In this document: one piece after another, positions 1 to 9,794 of the stretch
Position numbering within the stretch: position 1 is the first letter of the stretch
Layout of the letters: the number at the start of each line of letters is the position of its first letter
NCBI GenBank assembly: GCA_965248535.1
Contig: CBDFJR010000005.1
Location: 2,304,001 to 2,368,000 of the forward strand
Direction: 5' to 3'
Length of the DNA: 64,000 bases
Source of the DNA: Phormidesmis sp.
Lineage (GTDB): Bacteria; Cyanobacteriota; Cyanobacteriia; Leptolyngbyales; Leptolyngbyaceae
Position numbers and translations under genes: made by a program
Notes under the pieces: generated by a model
Database searches by the model: none
Seen by the model: only the letters and a program-made list of their open reading frames with translations
Told to the model about the DNA's origin: nothing

Positions 1-426
1 TTCGGTTTGTTGCAGACGGCGATTTTGCACTTGGAGTTGTTGCTGGAGTCGGCAAAGGTTAAGCTGGTGCTCAATGCGGGCCAGCACTTCCTCAATTTGA
101 AACGGTTTGTGAATAAAGTCAACACCTCCGACAGAGAAGGCTTTTACCTTATCAATTGCCTCATTTAAGGCACTGATAAAAATAACCGGAATCTCCTGAA
201 TGAGAGGAGTAGACTTGAGAGATTGACACACTTCATAGCCGTTCATTCCTGGCATGTTGATGTCAAGCAACACTAGGTCAGGCGGTTGAGCCTGCATTCC
301 AATTAGCGCGATCGCTCCATTGGTGACGCTCCTCACCTCATAGCCTTGGGCCGTTAACATCGCTGACAACAGCCGTAGGTTATCTAGCGTATCGTCAACA
401 ATTAGAATGTCTCCTTTAGGTTCCAT
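1..426 (-). CDS. Response-regulator receiver protein (5' part; runs off the window; probably a hybrid kinase or cyclase)
   Basis: Manual translation from ATG at 426: MEPKGDILIVDDTLDNLRLL...PDLVLLDINMPGMNGYEVC...IPVIFISAL...VDFIHKPF, with all REC motifs, followed by a coiled coil. Confidence 0.9.
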   Translation of the reverse strand, partial: MEPKGDILIVDDTLDNLRLLSAMLTAQGYEVRSVTNGAIALIGMQAQPPDLVLLDINMPGMNGYEVCQSLKSTPLIQEIPVIFISALNEAIDKVKAFSVGGVDFIHKPFQIEEVLARIEHQLNLCRLQQQLQVQNRRLQQTE

Positions 427-906
427 GTCTTATGAGAGGGCTAAGAATATCGCCAGTGGTGACAGGATCAGGAATGTAACCGATAAAACTCGTCAACGAA
501 AATAAGAGCGAAATTAGATCATAAGCTGAATTTCTGATGAACGTTCGTATCTAAAACTCACAATGGTACGTTAGATAATTTTATGAGAAGCGGTATAAGA
601 CAAGCGATATCGTAAAGAAACATTACTCTAGACTCTCTGAGAAAACTCTGACGATCGCGCTCAAGCTCTGTTGTGTCTGGCTTCTAGCATTCTCTTCACC
701 CAAATAGGTGAGGTCACCTGAGCGGATTGCTCCCTGATCTATTTTGGACAATGGTGATCTTTGAACCGATGGCAGAGCACTTGGGTGTTCGCGTCGGTTC
801 AAGAACGTGTTGTTGCTGACGTTATGGGTCTTCGATCCCCTAGATCTCCTTTTTTAAGAGGGACTGGCGGGGATCTCTTGATGATTTAATACGGTGCAAC
901 CATTCT

Positions 907-1362
907 CTACGATCGCTTAAATCGATATTGAGCAAAATAGTTTTGACGAGCACTATTATCGGTAAACTGCGTAAAGCTTTGCAGCGAAATCTGATTATTG
1001 TTCGCTCCTCCCAATGCAAACGTTAGAATGTCATTGGCAAAGCTTTGGCGATAGACGGCCGTCCCTTGTTTGTGGTTTGCGTCTTGAACGCTGTTGCCAT
1101 AGGTGATCAGTTGGGTCGTTCCAAAGGCACAGTCAGTAGGGTGGCACTTTCCAAAAGCTTGAACCTTTAAGGTGTTGGGCTGCGGAGCCGTGACGACAAG
1201 GCGAGTAATGCCGCGGGTATTGCTATCAACGTTGACCCAAGTTCCGACAAAATCTTGAGGAGCCGCTAATGCAGGGGCAATCAAGCCCGCAGCAAAGAGC
1301 GTCCCACAGGTGGCGATCGTGATTGAGCGCTTCAACATTTCAGAAACTCCAATAGTTAACAA
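907..1362 (-). CDS. Secreted beta-rich hypothetical protein
   Basis: Signal peptide ending ALA-A; GTWVNVD motif; CHPTDC cysteine pair; the true start is probably the internal MLKRS. Confidence 0.75.
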   Translation of the reverse strand: MLTIGVSEMLKRSITIATCGTLFAAGLIAPALAAPQDFVGTWVNVDSNTRGITRLVVTAPQPNTLKVQAFGKCHPTDCAFGTTQLITYGNSVQDANHKQGTAVYRQSFANDILTFALGGANNNQISLQSFTQFTDNSARQNYFAQYRFKRS

Positions 1363-1539
1363 GTGAGGGTCATAATCAACGCCGATCCTTCAAACTCTAG
1401 AGCGGTAGCGTTAATCATGGATAAGTCCATCTTGCTCGATAATATAAGCATTTCAGAGTACCCCAGTGGGTACTCTTTAGGAACCGAGACCTCGTTTGAG
1501 GATTGAAGATTTGTCGAGTGTAAAGACGACCTAGAGGAC

Positions 1540-2015
1540 TCACGCAATCGCCTTGCTTGCCTTCACATCCCACCCGGCTTTCACGATCGTATCGGGTGAC
1601 CCATCTGCCTTTTGAGGTGTGAATTCGTACACGATCTTTGCATAGCTGAGGGAGAGATGCTCGATCGGGAGTTGATCTGTCTCGGTGCTGCTAGTAGCTT
1701 CAAATGAAACCACCTGCACATCTGATAGGGTGATTTTTAAGAAGTCTTGCAGTTGCTGCTCAGACCGCCGACCAGTGAGCGTTGCTGTCTTGAGATGTTG
1801 CCCAGAGGCTCCGGCAAGAAAAAGCTTTGGGCTGGCTTTGCTCGTGTATGAGGTGAACTGGAAGGGTTGCAGAGTCACTTTGCCTGCCCCTACGCCCCCT
1901 CCTACATTCGATGTTCCTGATTGACTCTCGCTCCAAGACCATGACTGCACCTCAATTTCGCCTTTGTGCTGCTCATCCTGACTGTCGCCCTTAGAAAATA
2001 TTCTACTTGGCTCAT
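1540..2015 (-). pseudogene. hcp: Hcp1-family (T6SS tube-like) protein, frameshifted near the 5' end
   Basis: GGAG RBS then ATG at 2015 gives MSQVEYFL; the frame then shifts to GDSQDEQHKGEIEVQSWSW...KASPKLFLAGASGQHLKTATL...EHLSLSYAKI...GWDVKA, which is canonical Hcp lacking the usual KIDGI segment. Confidence 0.85.
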
Positions 2016-2030
2016 GCTGTTGACACTCCG

Positions 2031-3467
2031 GTGAACTACCCCCACTGACTTCCTACGCGCTACGCGCTTCGGTCGTTGAGTGGGGGCTTCCAATTTCAAC
2101 GGGAAGAGCCTCAGATACGGATGACTTACGCCGTCCAACCTTCGGACTTACCTTCCCTCCATTGGCAGTAGCGCTAGTTCCTAACGCCAAGATTCGTAGA
2201 CCTTCATCTCGAATATTGATAGCAGCATTCACGTCTCGGTCATGCTTCGTAGCGCAGTTTTGACACTGCCATGACCGGATCTCCAGTGCGAGGCTACCCA
2301 CTCGATTGAGGCAGACTGAGCAGGTCTTTGAGGACGGGAAAAATCGGTCAACTTCTTGATAGATCTTTCCATCCTGCCCTGCTTTATAACTAAGCATTCT
2401 GGTGAACTCCGACCAACTGGCATCGCTGATTGCTTTGGCTAAGTTGTGATTTTTCACCATGTTCTTGACTGCCAGATTCTCAACGCAGATCACTTGGTTT
2501 TCGTTGACCATTTTGCGCGAGAGTTTATGCAGAAAGTCTTTTCTCACGTTTGCAATTCTTTCGTGAACCCGTGCCACAAGGCGACGTGCCTTTTTCCGGT
2601 TGCTTGACCCCTTTTGTTTGCGAGAAAGTTTTTGCTGTTTGCGTTTGAGGTTGCGAGAATGCTTCTTTAACACCCTCGGATTGTCAAACTTAGAGCCGTC
2701 GGATGTAATCGCAAAATGGGTTAGACCTAAATCAATCCCGACTGCTTTGCCTACTCCAGATCCCTCAATCTCTGGCAGTCCATCATCAAACAGCAATGAT
2801 GCAAAATACTTGCCAGAGGTCGTGAGAGAAACCGTTACAGTTTTCAGCTTCCCTTCAAACACGCGATGAATTTTAGCCTTGATCACTCCCAGCTTCGGAA
2901 GTTTCAACCCTTCATCCGTCATCTTGACGCTCTGAGGATACTGAATCGATTGCTTGCCGTGCTTCGATTTGAAGTTAGGGAATTGAGCCCGCCCGTCAAA
3001 GAAGTTGATAAACGCTCTTGATAGGTTTAGAGACACGCTTTGCAGCACTTGGCTATAAGGCTCTGTCAACCATTCAAACTCTTTCTTGAGTGCAGGTAGC
3101 CGACTGTTCATCCCAACTTGAGATAAGCCTTTTCCCGCTTCTTTGTAGAGTCGATTCGTCTCAGCTAACGAGTTATTCCAAAACCAACGGGCACAACCAA
3201 ACGCCTTTGAAAGCGCCTCTTTCTGCTCGTCAGTGGGATAAATTCGTACCTTGACCGCGTGTTTCATTCCTCTACTTTACTGCAAACTAGCACTGCAAAC
3301 TAGCAACAATAGTAAGGAGCGTTGATAAATCTTTTGGGTTGAGGTCTAAGACATTGGCGATTCCGCTTCGCTACATCGCCCTGGCTTTCATCCCCCACCT
3401 TTTCCATTCCGCACCTCGCTTCGCTGTTGCTCCATTACAAGAGGCGGGGGAATTCCCGCCGACTCCG
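2031..3467 (-). mobile_element. IS200/IS605-family element, tnpB only (IS1341-like)
   Basis: Subterminal hairpins at both ends (CCCCCGCC...GGTGGGGG and CCCCCACT...AGTGGGGG); right end GGGGGTAGTTCAC; TTTAA immediately precedes the left end on the - strand; no tnpA. Confidence 0.85.
2053..3267 (-). CDS. tnpB: RNA-guided endonuclease TnpB
   Basis: N-terminal HTH (RIYPTDEQ...FGCARW), RuvC-I GIDLG, RuvC-II VENL, zinc finger CSVC/CQNC, RuvC-III DRDVNAAINI. Confidence 0.95.
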   Translation of the reverse strand: MKHAVKVRIYPTDEQKEALSKAFGCARWFWNNSLAETNRLYKEAGKGLSQVGMNSRLPALKKEFEWLTEPYSQVLQSVSLNLSRAFINFFDGRAQFPNFKSKHGKQSIQYPQSVKMTDEGLKLPKLGVIKAKIHRVFEGKLKTVTVSLTTSGKYFASLLFDDGLPEIEGSGVGKAVGIDLGLTHFAITSDGSKFDNPRVLKKHSRNLKRKQQKLSRKQKGSSNRKKARRLVARVHERIANVRKDFLHKLSRKMVNENQVICVENLAVKNMVKNHNLAKAISDASWSEFTRMLSYKAGQDGKIYQEVDRFFPSSKTCSVCLNRVGSLALEIRSWQCQNCATKHDRDVNAAINIRDEGLRILALGTSATANGGKVSPKVGRRKSSVSEALPVEIGSPHSTTEARSA

Positions 3468-3566
3468 TTAAATGGGGGTGATGGCACCAACACGATCGAG
3501 CGGTCTGATTTCCTTTAGCGCTCACAAAAATTCACAAGGTTACTTTAGCTCACATCATTGCACCCA

Positions 3567-6500
3567 TCATGGGTAGTCACAAAACTCGTCGTCATTTCTG
3601 CCCATCATGGTCACGATTGTCCTAATCAATTCATCTGGCTCAACGGGCTTAGTAAGATGCCCTTGAAATCCGGCTGCCAAGGCTTGCCGCTGATTCATCT
3701 CTCCCGCATAGGCAGTGAGAGCAATCGCAGTAAACCCTCCCAGTTCACTAGAAATCTGAGAAATTTGACGCATTAGCTCATAGCCATCCATCTCTGGCAT
3801 TCCAATGTCACTGAGAAGCAGATCGAAGGGGGTAGTTGAGAGTTGTTGAAGGGCCTCGATCGCTGAATTCACGGCACTGACTTTGGCTCCTGCTTGTTCT
3901 ACAACAAATGCCACAAACTCACGGGAATCACGGTCATCATCAACAATCAGCACCCGCAGATTTGCCAGGGGACGTGGGTCTGATCGAACCCAGATCGGGT
4001 CGGTCACTGTTTCGGCCGGAGTCACGGTCTGCAAGAACGGCAACTCAACCGTGAAGGTTGCTCCCTGTCCTTCACCCAGGCTTTCGACCCAAATTCTGCC
4101 GCCGTGCAGTTCGACAATTTGGCGTGCGATCGCCAGCCCCAATCCCAACCCGCCAAACTTGCGCGTGGTGGCTCCATCTTCCTGCCGAAAATGCTCAAAG
4201 ACATGGGGCAAAAACTCTGAGCGGATGCCTTTGCCTGTATCGATCACTTGCAGTCGAGCTTGGTGATTGACTTGTGTCAGCCGAACGTCAACCTTGCCCT
4301 TAAGGGGCGTAAATTTCACGGCATTTGATAGAAGGTTCCACACGACCTGCTGGAGTCGTCCCGCATCTCCATAAACCTGTCCAATATTGGGTTCAAGATA
4401 AACTTCAATATCCATCCCTTTGGCCTCTGCTGCTAGACGCACGGTTTCGATCGCCGACGAAATCACAAACGCTAAACTTACCGGAGTTGCATTCAGCGTC
4501 AGTTTGCCTTGCATGATGCGGGAAATATCAAGCAGGTCGTCGATCAGTTGGGACTGAAGTTTGGCGTTGCGCTCGATCGTGGCCAGAGCTTCGGCCGCTC
4601 TAGCGGGATCTAACTTGCCGCCACGCAACAATTTTGCCCAGCCTAAGATCGGGTTAAGGGGCGATCGCAGTTCATGCGACAGCACAGCCAAGAATTCATC
4701 TTTGACTCGATTGGCTTGTTCAGCAGATTCTCGCGCCAATTGTTCTTGTTGCAAAAGCTGCTCTCGTTCTTGCTCGGCTTGCAGGCGCTCGGTGATGTCT
4801 GTGTTGGTGCCAAACCAGCGCAAAATGTGTCCTGCTGCGTCTCTGATAGGGATGGCGCGAGACAGAAACCAGCGGTAGGTGCCATCTTTGCCCCGCAGCG
4901 GAAAGGTGTCTTCCCAGGGTTGGCCTGTTTTAAGGCAATGGCGAAAATGCTCAACCACGCGATCGACGTGTTCTGGATGATGCACCTGTTGCCAACCCCA
5001 GCCCTGCATCACTTCAAGCGTGGTGCCTGTATACTCAAACCAGCGGCGGTTATACCAAAAGAGCCAGCCGTTTGGGTCTGCCATCCAAGCAAATTGAGAC
5101 ATGTGATCAGCCAGAGTCCGAAAGCGTTCCTCACTCTCCCGCAGGGCTGCGTCTGCCTGTTTGCGATCGGTAATATCTCGACAGGTAATCACGCCGCCTG
5201 TAATCTCATGATTCATATCTCTGACCGGAAAGCCGCTGATGCTGACCCACCTCCCTTGGGCAGACGGGTCACGGCGCACAAAGACTTCGACATCGTTCGC
5301 GTCTTCTCCTTTTATCGCCCGATAGAGCGGCAGTTGCTGATCGGGAAAGAGCGTTTGTTGATCGGGTAAAAAGAGTCCATAAGTTCTTGACCATTCCTCA
5401 CACGAGCGTTCATTTGTGAGCGAACCGAAGATGTGCTCGGCCGCTTGATTCACCAGCACGAACTCACCTTGTGGATTCGCCATGAGCAAACCATCGCCGA
5501 TACTTTCAACGATCAGTCGCATTAACTTAGTTTGCTCTTGCAAAGCTGCTTGGACTTGGATTTGCTCGGTAACATTCCTGAAATAAACGGCGATGCCATT
5601 TGGGGCGGGATAGGTGCGAACTTCATACCAGCGATCGTGGTCGGGGTAAAACGCCGTCAAGGACGCAGCCACGCGATCGCGCATTGCGCTCCGATAAACC
5701 GACTCCAACTCATTGCCCCTCAGTCCTGGATATTCTTCCCATAGATTCTTGCCAATTAAGTCTTGTGAAGTGCGATCGAGCAAGATTCCAGCAGCTTGAT
5801 TCACATAAGTAAACCGCCAGTGTCGATCGATTGCAAAGAAGCCATCATTGACGCTTTCTAGAATGGTTCGGCTCTGCTCTTCGCTTTGGCGCAACAGTTG
5901 TTCTGTCCGGGCGCGTTCTAGTTTTGTCCAGACGCGGCTTGCCAATTCTCGCATCAGTTCAATCTCGTCTTCGCGCCAGTTATAGGGCACTGGATGAAAT
6001 ACCGTCAGCGAAAACGTCCATTTGCCGTCTCTGATGAGCGGAATGTGGAGTTCTGCACCAATCTTGAGCGCGTCATATCGCTGGGGGTGGGCAATGTGCG
6101 AGTCAACGGCGACATCTCGAATGACGATCGCCTGTTCCGCTTGAGCCGCTTGCAAAAATTCATCTGTGACAAACTCTAGGAGTGAATAACTCCCGACTAA
6201 GCTCGGTCTATCAGCTTGATGCCAGCAATGATTGATCACGGCTTGATGTGCTTCCTCACTGATTTCAACAAACGCGCAGATTGAGGTATCGAGATAACGG
6301 TTGAGTTGTTCGCCGATCGTCTGCACAATCTCAGCGACACTGCCTATGCCAACGAGATCCTGGCTCACCGTAGATAGAAAGGCCGCGTTTAACTCGGTTC
6401 GTTTGCGATCGGTAATATCCATCACTACGCCCAACAGTCGAGTCGGCGTGCCTTCAGAGTCACAGTAAACACTGCTGCGTGCCCAGATCCAATGGATGCT

Positions 6501-7268
6501 GTGATCTGCGTGAATAATGCGACATTCAAAGTTCCAATCGGTGCGGGCTGAGACGGTTTGTTGAAACCTCTCATTCACAGCAGCGTGATCGTCGGGGTGA
6601 ACGTGATCTAAAAAAATCTCGTAGCTCCATTCTGGCAGCAGCGAGTCATATCCAAAAATTTGGTCATGTCTCAGAGAGCGATGCGCCGTGTGGGGTTGCG
6701 TCGTTAGATCGAGATCCCACTCGCCGATCTGAGTGGAGTCCAACATAAACCGCAGTCGGGCTTCACTGGCTCTCAGATCGGCTTCGATTTGTTTACGTTC
6801 GCTAATATCGCGTGAAATTACTAGCAACTGCTTCGGCTTGCCTAAACTATCTAGGATCGGTGCCACCACTACATCCCACCATTTAGGGGTTCCCTTTAAT
6901 GTTGGGCAAAACCCGCTAAAGCGACTGGTTCCCCCTGCTTTAGCGGTTTGTATCGCTTGATGAGCAGTGGGGCGATCGCCGTCTTGCCAAAACTCAACCC
7001 AAGCGGTCCCCACTAAAGGGGTGCAGTCTTCAACCTCCATCAGACAGCGCCCCGGCGCGTTCATCGAGACTAGGCAACCGTTGAGATCGAGCACTTTAAT
7101 GCAGTCAGCACTACTCTCAAAAATATGGCGGTTAAACGCTTCGCTTTCCTGCAAATCTTCCTCTACTTGTCTACATTGGGTGATATCAGTGTCAGTCGTC
7201 ATCTGAGGGCAACGGTGAAGTAAATCATGCTCTGAAGAGACAGAGTGAGTCTGATGGGGGTCGGTCAT
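3567..7268 (-). CDS. Hybrid sensor histidine kinase (multiple PAS/PAC, GAF, HisKA, HATPase, REC)
   Basis: Repeated PAS/PAC (DITDRK), LSHELRSPL H-box, NAVKFT, GGLGLGLAI, C-terminal receiver LLSDIGMP. Confidence 0.95.
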   Translation of the reverse strand: MTDPHQTHSVSSEHDLLHRCPQMTTDTDITQCRQVEEDLQESEAFNRHIFESSADCIKVLDLNGCLVSMNAPGRCLMEVEDCTPLVGTAWVEFWQDGDRPTAHQAIQTAKAGGTSRFSGFCPTLKGTPKWWDVVVAPILDSLGKPKQLLVISRDISERKQIEADLRASEARLRFMLDSTQIGEWDLDLTTQPHTAHRSLRHDQIFGYDSLLPEWSYEIFLDHVHPDDHAAVNERFQQTVSARTDWNFECRIIHADHSIHWIWARSSVYCDSEGTPTRLLGVVMDITDRKRTELNAAFLSTVSQDLVGIGSVAEIVQTIGEQLNRYLDTSICAFVEISEEAHQAVINHCWHQADRPSLVGSYSLLEFVTDEFLQAAQAEQAIVIRDVAVDSHIAHPQRYDALKIGAELHIPLIRDGKWTFSLTVFHPVPYNWREDEIELMRELASRVWTKLERARTEQLLRQSEEQSRTILESVNDGFFAIDRHWRFTYVNQAAGILLDRTSQDLIGKNLWEEYPGLRGNELESVYRSAMRDRVAASLTAFYPDHDRWYEVRTYPAPNGIAVYFRNVTEQIQVQAALQEQTKLMRLIVESIGDGLLMANPQGEFVLVNQAAEHIFGSLTNERSCEEWSRTYGLFLPDQQTLFPDQQLPLYRAIKGEDANDVEVFVRRDPSAQGRWVSISGFPVRDMNHEITGGVITCRDITDRKQADAALRESEERFRTLADHMSQFAWMADPNGWLFWYNRRWFEYTGTTLEVMQGWGWQQVHHPEHVDRVVEHFRHCLKTGQPWEDTFPLRGKDGTYRWFLSRAIPIRDAAGHILRWFGTNTDITERLQAEQEREQLLQQEQLARESAEQANRVKDEFLAVLSHELRSPLNPILGWAKLLRGGKLDPARAAEALATIERNAKLQSQLIDDLLDISRIMQGKLTLNATPVSLAFVISSAIETVRLAAEAKGMDIEVYLEPNIGQVYGDAGRLQQVVWNLLSNAVKFTPLKGKVDVRLTQVNHQARLQVIDTGKGIRSEFLPHVFEHFRQEDGATTRKFGGLGLGLAIARQIVELHGGRIWVESLGEGQGATFTVELPFLQTVTPAETVTDPIWVRSDPRPLANLRVLIVDDDRDSREFVAFVVEQAGAKVSAVNSAIEALQQLSTTPFDLLLSDIGMPEMDGYELMRQISQISSELGGFTAIALTAYAGEMNQRQALAAGFQGHLTKPVEPDELIRTIVTMMGRNDDEFCDYP

Positions 7269-7281
7269 CTTGCCTCTGCCC

Positions 7282-7539
7282 CTACGCTGAAAAATACTTG
7301 GCTAATAGATCTTGTCCACGATCGCCCATTTGCAGCAGCACTAATTCAATTTGCCTCAAGGCAATGGGCAAGGGCTGAGTCCGCCCGTTTTCCCAGCGAT
7401 TCACGCTTTGAAATGAAACGCCTAACTTGGCGGCAAACTCAACCTGTGAGAGGGCAAGCCGTCGCCGAGTTTCTCGCACGAGATCTATCAGATCGGATTG
7501 TTCGATCGTAGGCATAGAGTCAGAACCATTCAATTGCAT
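7282..7539 (-). CDS. XRE-family HTH transcriptional regulator
   Basis: LSQVEFAAKLGVSFQSVNRWENGRTQP. Confidence 0.9.
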   Translation of the reverse strand: MQLNGSDSMPTIEQSDLIDLVRETRRRLALSQVEFAAKLGVSFQSVNRWENGRTQPLPIALRQIELVLLQMGDRGQDLLAKYFSA

Positions 7540-7825
7540 TTAGTACATATACCATGTGGTATATCCGCGCTCCGTCCATCGAAAGGCGTAGAAGCCAAAG
7601 AAGTGATCTCTGCTCGTTTCCAAGCTTCTTCAAGAAAGTGGGGATTTAGGGGCACCAGCCGACCTCAACACAGCGCCAGATCAGAGCACTTTATCTCTAG
7701 AATTCTATTCATGCAGGAAGTCGAATATGCAATAAATAACGCTGCAAAAGCTTCAGCAGTGACCACCGAAGCCGAAGATCCTCTGAAACGTTTCTAAAAT
7801 CTTCCCGATCACGTATGCTGAGTTC

Positions 7826-8002
7826 ACGACTCGGTTCTGACGGGGAGCAGCCGTCAGAGGAAACAGGGAAAGTGTAGTAAAAATCTACCGCTGTCCCGCA
7901 ACTGTGAAGGAAATGAAGAATTAGAAATGAAAAATTTGTAGGATGTGTGATTCTTACCATTTTTAATTTTGCATTCTCCAAGTCAGAACGCCTGCCGAAT
8001 CG
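7826..8002 (+). ncRNA. Cobalamin (B12) riboswitch
   Basis: GGTTCTGACGG...CCGTCAGAGG stem, AACAGGGAA, CTGTCCCGCAACTGT and B12-box AAGTCAGAACGCCTGCC; lies directly upstream of a cbtB-like ORF. Confidence 0.92.
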
Positions 8003-8035
8003 CTTAACAACATCGTCTTCTTTACGAGGTACAAA

Positions 8036-8227
8036 ATGACGACTCAAACTCATTCTTCAGTTCAGCAAAAACTTGCACGTCGCACGCTATCGGTTCCTGT
8101 GCAATCGGCGCTCTACATCTCACTCAGCGCGTTAACTCTCTGGACAATTTATTTCACGACTTATCCCGCGATCCACGACAAGGTGCACACATTTCGTCAT
8201 CACACTGCGCTCGTCAGTTGCCATTAA
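8036..8227 (+). CDS. cbtB: CbtB-like small cobalt-transport protein
   Basis: Single TM helix then His-rich tail AIHDKVHTFRHHTALVSCH; riboswitch upstream. Confidence 0.8.
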   Translation: MTTQTHSSVQQKLARRTLSVPVQSALYISLSALTLWTIYFTTYPAIHDKVHTFRHHTALVSCH

Positions 8228-8241
8228 AGATTAGGCAAGCT

Positions 8242-8275
8242 GATAGGCTATCTGATTTCAGTCAGATAGCCTATC
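8242..8275 (+). other. 14-bp perfect intergenic hairpin
   Basis: GATAGGCTATCTGA-TTTCAG-TCAGATAGCCTATC, with no U-tract. Confidence 0.7.
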
Positions 8276-8354
8276 TGAGCATGTTCTGGTTTCTTTGTGT
8301 CATCTAGATGTGCAGCAGCTTACAGGCGAGATGTAACCATTTAGAATTAAACTA

Positions 8355-9569
8355 ATGCCTAAAAGAGTCTATGTATTTATCAGCACCCTTTGTCTGGTGA
8401 GTGCCCTTTTCTGGAGTTGGGTTGGGGTTTCACAGTCGCCTCAGCCCTCGGTGAGACTGACAACAAATCCATCTATTACTCAAATTCGCCCCCTCGAAGC
8501 TGAAGCTACTGAGGCGATGGGGTCAGGCAGCTATAAGCCACCTGTGCAACTGTCTCTACAGGCGATCGATGCTCAGGGACAGGCGTTAAAAAATGCCAAA
8601 ATTCATCTACAAATCTTCACCCGTCCGAAAAATCCCTGGTTCACAACCGATTTTCCAATTGTAGAAGGGACAAAGCTACTGGATATCGAGGGTAATGCTC
8701 CCACAGGTCAGTTAAGAATTCAGCAAACCTTACCTATTCGAGGAAACTATCAACTGTTGGTGAACGTGACCCCGATCGTTCCTAATACTTTCGCACCCAT
8801 TCAGCAGACGCTGACTCTATTAGTGCCAGAAAATGGAGCCAAATATCGTAATCTTGGCGTTCTAGCAGCTATTTTGCTGGCAGCAGGGTTAGGTGGGGGC
8901 TGGGTCATTGGCAGTAGACAGTCGCTTCAGCCAGGAGAGATTGCGCCTCAGCGAGTCCGACTGTTGTTGAGTGGGGCGATCGTGGTGGCGATCGTGGCCC
9001 TCCTCTACGTCAACATCAGTGCTGAATTTGCCCAATCTCACATGTCGATGGCAATGTCGCATGAGACGGAAGAGGTGCCCAAATCTGACAAACCCTCAAA
9101 GCTGCAATCTCAGGGGCTAGAGATGCAATTGTCGGGTGATACCAGCGCTACGGTAGGTCAGCCTGCTAACCTACAGGTTAGTGTCGTCGATACTAAAACT
9201 CGGCAGCCCATAACGGATGTAGTTTTGAAAGTGACAACGACGCAACTCGAAAATAACTGGGTGGCGTTTGCCTACGAGGGCACTCCAGACAGCACCGGGA
9301 AATTAGCGTGGCAGCAGGAATTCTTTGATGGTGCACCGCACAATGTTGAGGTCGAAGTTTCACCTCAGTCAAGCTCTGCACGGAGATTTAAGCCATTCCA
9401 AGTTGCACAATCTATATCTGTAGAAGGCGTTGCTCCCCCGCTGCTGGTTCGATTGATTTCGCTGGCTTACTTCACAGGAGTTGTGGCAGTTGGTCTGCTG
9501 TTAGGACTGTGGCTACAACGGCGACGGAATCAGCCGTCAGCACCCGCTTGGAAGCGTAATGTTTCTTAG
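8355..9569 (+). CDS. Membrane protein with two predicted beta-sandwich extracytoplasmic domains, function unknown
   Basis: Signal/anchor, central TM pair, SHMSMAMSHE His/Met patch, C-terminal TM. Confidence 0.8.
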   Translation: MPKRVYVFISTLCLVSALFWSWVGVSQSPQPSVRLTTNPSITQIRPLEAEATEAMGSGSYKPPVQLSLQAIDAQGQALKNAKIHLQIFTRPKNPWFTTDFPIVEGTKLLDIEGNAPTGQLRIQQTLPIRGNYQLLVNVTPIVPNTFAPIQQTLTLLVPENGAKYRNLGVLAAILLAAGLGGGWVIGSRQSLQPGEIAPQRVRLLLSGAIVVAIVALLYVNISAEFAQSHMSMAMSHETEEVPKSDKPSKLQSQGLEMQLSGDTSATVGQPANLQVSVVDTKTRQPITDVVLKVTTTQLENNWVAFAYEGTPDSTGKLAWQQEFFDGAPHNVEVEVSPQSSSARRFKPFQVAQSISVEGVAPPLLVRLISLAYFTGVVAVGLLLGLWLQRRRNQPSAPAWKRNVS

Positions 9570-9640
9570 TTAGGGTCAAGCCAGTAGTGTTATCCCCAGT
9601 GATTGTGGACACGTTTATTTCGAGAGATCAGTCTATCCCA

Positions 9641-9677
9641 AGCCAATTTCGGCTGTCCTCGATCGCCGAAATTGGCT
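9641..9677 (+). terminator. Hairpin, probable terminator of the cbtB operon
   Basis: AGCCAATTTCGGC / GCCGAAATTGGCT 13-bp stem. Confidence 0.55.
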
Positions 9678-9770
9678 CATCAAGTGCCTGCGCCAGAAAT
9701 GTCTCTACAGTATTTTAGGGGATTTTTTAGGGGATTTTTTAGGGGATAGCCTCAATTCAATTTAAGTTAC

Positions 9771-9788
9771 CGATATATCGCGATATAT
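9771..9788. promoter_or_regulatory. Probable PadR autoregulatory operator
   Basis: Overlapping palindromes CGATATATCG and ATATATCGCGATATAT just upstream of the PadR gene. Confidence 0.55.
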
Positions 9789-9794
9789 TTTTAT

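Noticed and set aside
7709..8053. 114-aa ORF on the - strand
   Set aside because: It is antisense to the cobalamin riboswitch and has no protein features
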